A DNA stretch of 63,923 bases, filler included, from Octopus bimaculoides (taxonomy: Eukaryota), in NCBI RefSeq assembly GCF_001194135.2. It is 9 parts of 8 records of this genome, joined end to end, with 100 filler letters (N's around TTAATTAATTAA, not from the genome) between each part and the next. Parts side by side here need not be neighbours in the genome. Positions count along the whole stretch, not along the records: positions 61,657 to 62,804 come from NC_068996.1; positions 62,905 to 63,923 come from NW_026353913.1; 7 more parts are not named here. One strand, 5' to 3'. Both the position numbers and the translations under genes were made by a program. How positions within the stretch are numbered: position 1 is the stretch's first letter; every line of letters starts with the position of its first letter. Positions 62,346-63,923 of the stretch are shown here, in pieces. The notes under the pieces were generated by a model that was not told where the DNA came from, made no database searches, and saw only the letters and a program-made list of their open reading frames with translations.

Positions 62346-62520
62346 GTAACTATTAAGATAGCAGATTTTATTATGGACCTGTTTAAAATATATTTAATTA
62401 TATGTATTTATTCTATCCTAATAAATAATAATTCTGATAGAATAAATGGGTTAATAGAAACGAAGGTAGCAAAGATCACAAAATAACTGTGGTGTAATTC
62501 CTGTTGGTGAGGCAGAAACT

Positions 62521-62804
62521 CCTTAAAGATAATAACATTAAATTTAAACTAGACTGGCTAATTCTTTCTATTTCTAGGCCATATGAAAAGGATGGAAAAT
62601 TTTGTTCCCTTTGTGTTACAGAACTTTACTTTATTTTATTTTCAAAGAATTACCTGGTAAATACCTTTATAGAAAATTCTTACAGATGTAAACATTGGCA
62701 AAAACATGTATTTTCAGCGTTTAAATAACAATCATTGTTTTTATAGAAAGCTATCATATTAACCCTTAATATGTGAGTTCATCAAATAGTTCTAGTAAAA
62801 CAGG
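62521..62804 (+). mobile_element. Inverted PLE GIY-YIG C-terminus + 3' UTR (inverted pLTR-like segment)
   Basis: LKDNNIKFKLDWLIL..RPY..FCSLCVTELYFILF..N..YRCKH..HVF; same motif layout as the GIY-YIG end at about 10340-10560. Confidence 0.8.
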
Positions 62805-63923
62805 NNNNNNNNNNNNNNNNNNNNNNNNNNNNNNNNNNNNNNNNNNNNTTAATTAATTAANNNNNNNNNNNNNNNNNNNNNNNNNNNNNNNNNNNNNNNN
62901 NNNNATATATATATATACGTACATATATATATTTGTTCGTGTATATCGTTGTCGAGATGTTAATACCAGTGAATGTATGTGCTTGTGTGTGAGTGTGCTT
63001 GTGTACAAAATAACTATGTTGCTGATTTTACATATATAACATATATTGAGCTGCTTAATCTCTATATGTACAATAGTTTCGACTTAACTTTTACTGCAAA
63101 TGGTTCTTCTTATTCACTTACCAGTCAACTAATCTGCACAACGCCTTTATTATAAATGACAGAATTGACAATTATGTTGACAGTAGCTTCAGAACGATTG
63201 CTAGAAAAAAGAGAAATATTTTTATATTTTGCCTGCCTAAAACAAAATATCTGTAAAGTTGAAACAAATGAGTAACGTTAAATGTAAGACAGTTTTCAAA
63301 GCACGTACTGCCAATACAAAAACAGTAGTGACTTTTTGAATCAAATTCGAAATGTTACTACTGTCAAATAAATGCTTTCTTCCACTCCGTACGATCTCCT
63401 CCATCTTCTTGAAACTCTCTTTACCCCATTTCTGTCTCATTCTCTCTCCTCAGTGAACACTACAGTCTCAGCAGTGTGAGACTCGCTGAAACAATATTTT
63501 ATTATAAGATATGACAAAAATTTAGTACACAAACTCACACTCACACATAGACACATACTATACACGCGCACACATATGCACCTACTTGCACACACACATA
63601 CGCATACACACACTCACTCGCACACACATACCCGAAGTAAAGGTATAGTGAATCCCAAGTTGTGATTACATTCCAGTTTAACGTAAGAAACTTAATAGTC
63701 GTATGTTTCAAAAAAGGTTGTCGCATATCTTTGGCAACTTTGGGAAAAAAAGTTAAGTAAAATAAAGCATTCTCACAATAGATAATACAATATGTATGTC
63801 CAAAAATTGAAATCATGACCTGTGATGTGGTAGTCCAATAATACAATCAATAGGTAATTTCACATATAAACGAAGAAAAAATAAAGGGAACCGTCAAATA
63901 GTAGATTTTATTTTAGCAAAATA

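Noticed and set aside
9615-62904. Recurrent TTAATTAATTAA palindrome as a regulatory or recombination site
   Set aside because: Always centred in an exact 44N/44N block; an assembly stop-codon linker.

Overview
AT-rich, microsatellite-saturated animal genomic DNA with about 9.7 kb (~15%) N gaps. The SINE repertoire and the 100-bp N44-TTAATTAATTAA-N44 gap linkers suggest an octopus draft assembly; this is an inference, not verified. Most of the window is retroposon and DNA-transposon debris: 4-5 tRNA-headed or tailed SINE families, restriction-like-endonuclease (REL) LINE 3' ends, CR1, Penelope-like elements, Tc1/mariner/maT remnants, MITEs and a Helitron-like end. Nearly all ORFs in the supplied track are gap or microsatellite artefacts. 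Reading splice signals by eye gives two candidate convergent host genes that the ORF track misses. (1) A minus-strand gene with a perfect RFX X-box plus a palindromic CRE near 49.4 kb and three phase-consistent coding exons (46782-46755, 43931-43788, 42552-42362). (2) A plus-strand chain of very short exons (21.7-35.7 kb) that includes a possible 11-nt microexon. I recognise neither product. The most notable mobile-element observations are: a TSD-flanked REL-type LINE 3' end whose tail matches a major SINE tail; a second SINE tail matching the CR1 3' UTR; REL LINE ends embedded in (TAA)n and (CATA)n microsatellites; and degenerate hammerhead-ribozyme-like motifs. No prokaryotic system, CRISPR array, rRNA or true tRNA gene is supported.
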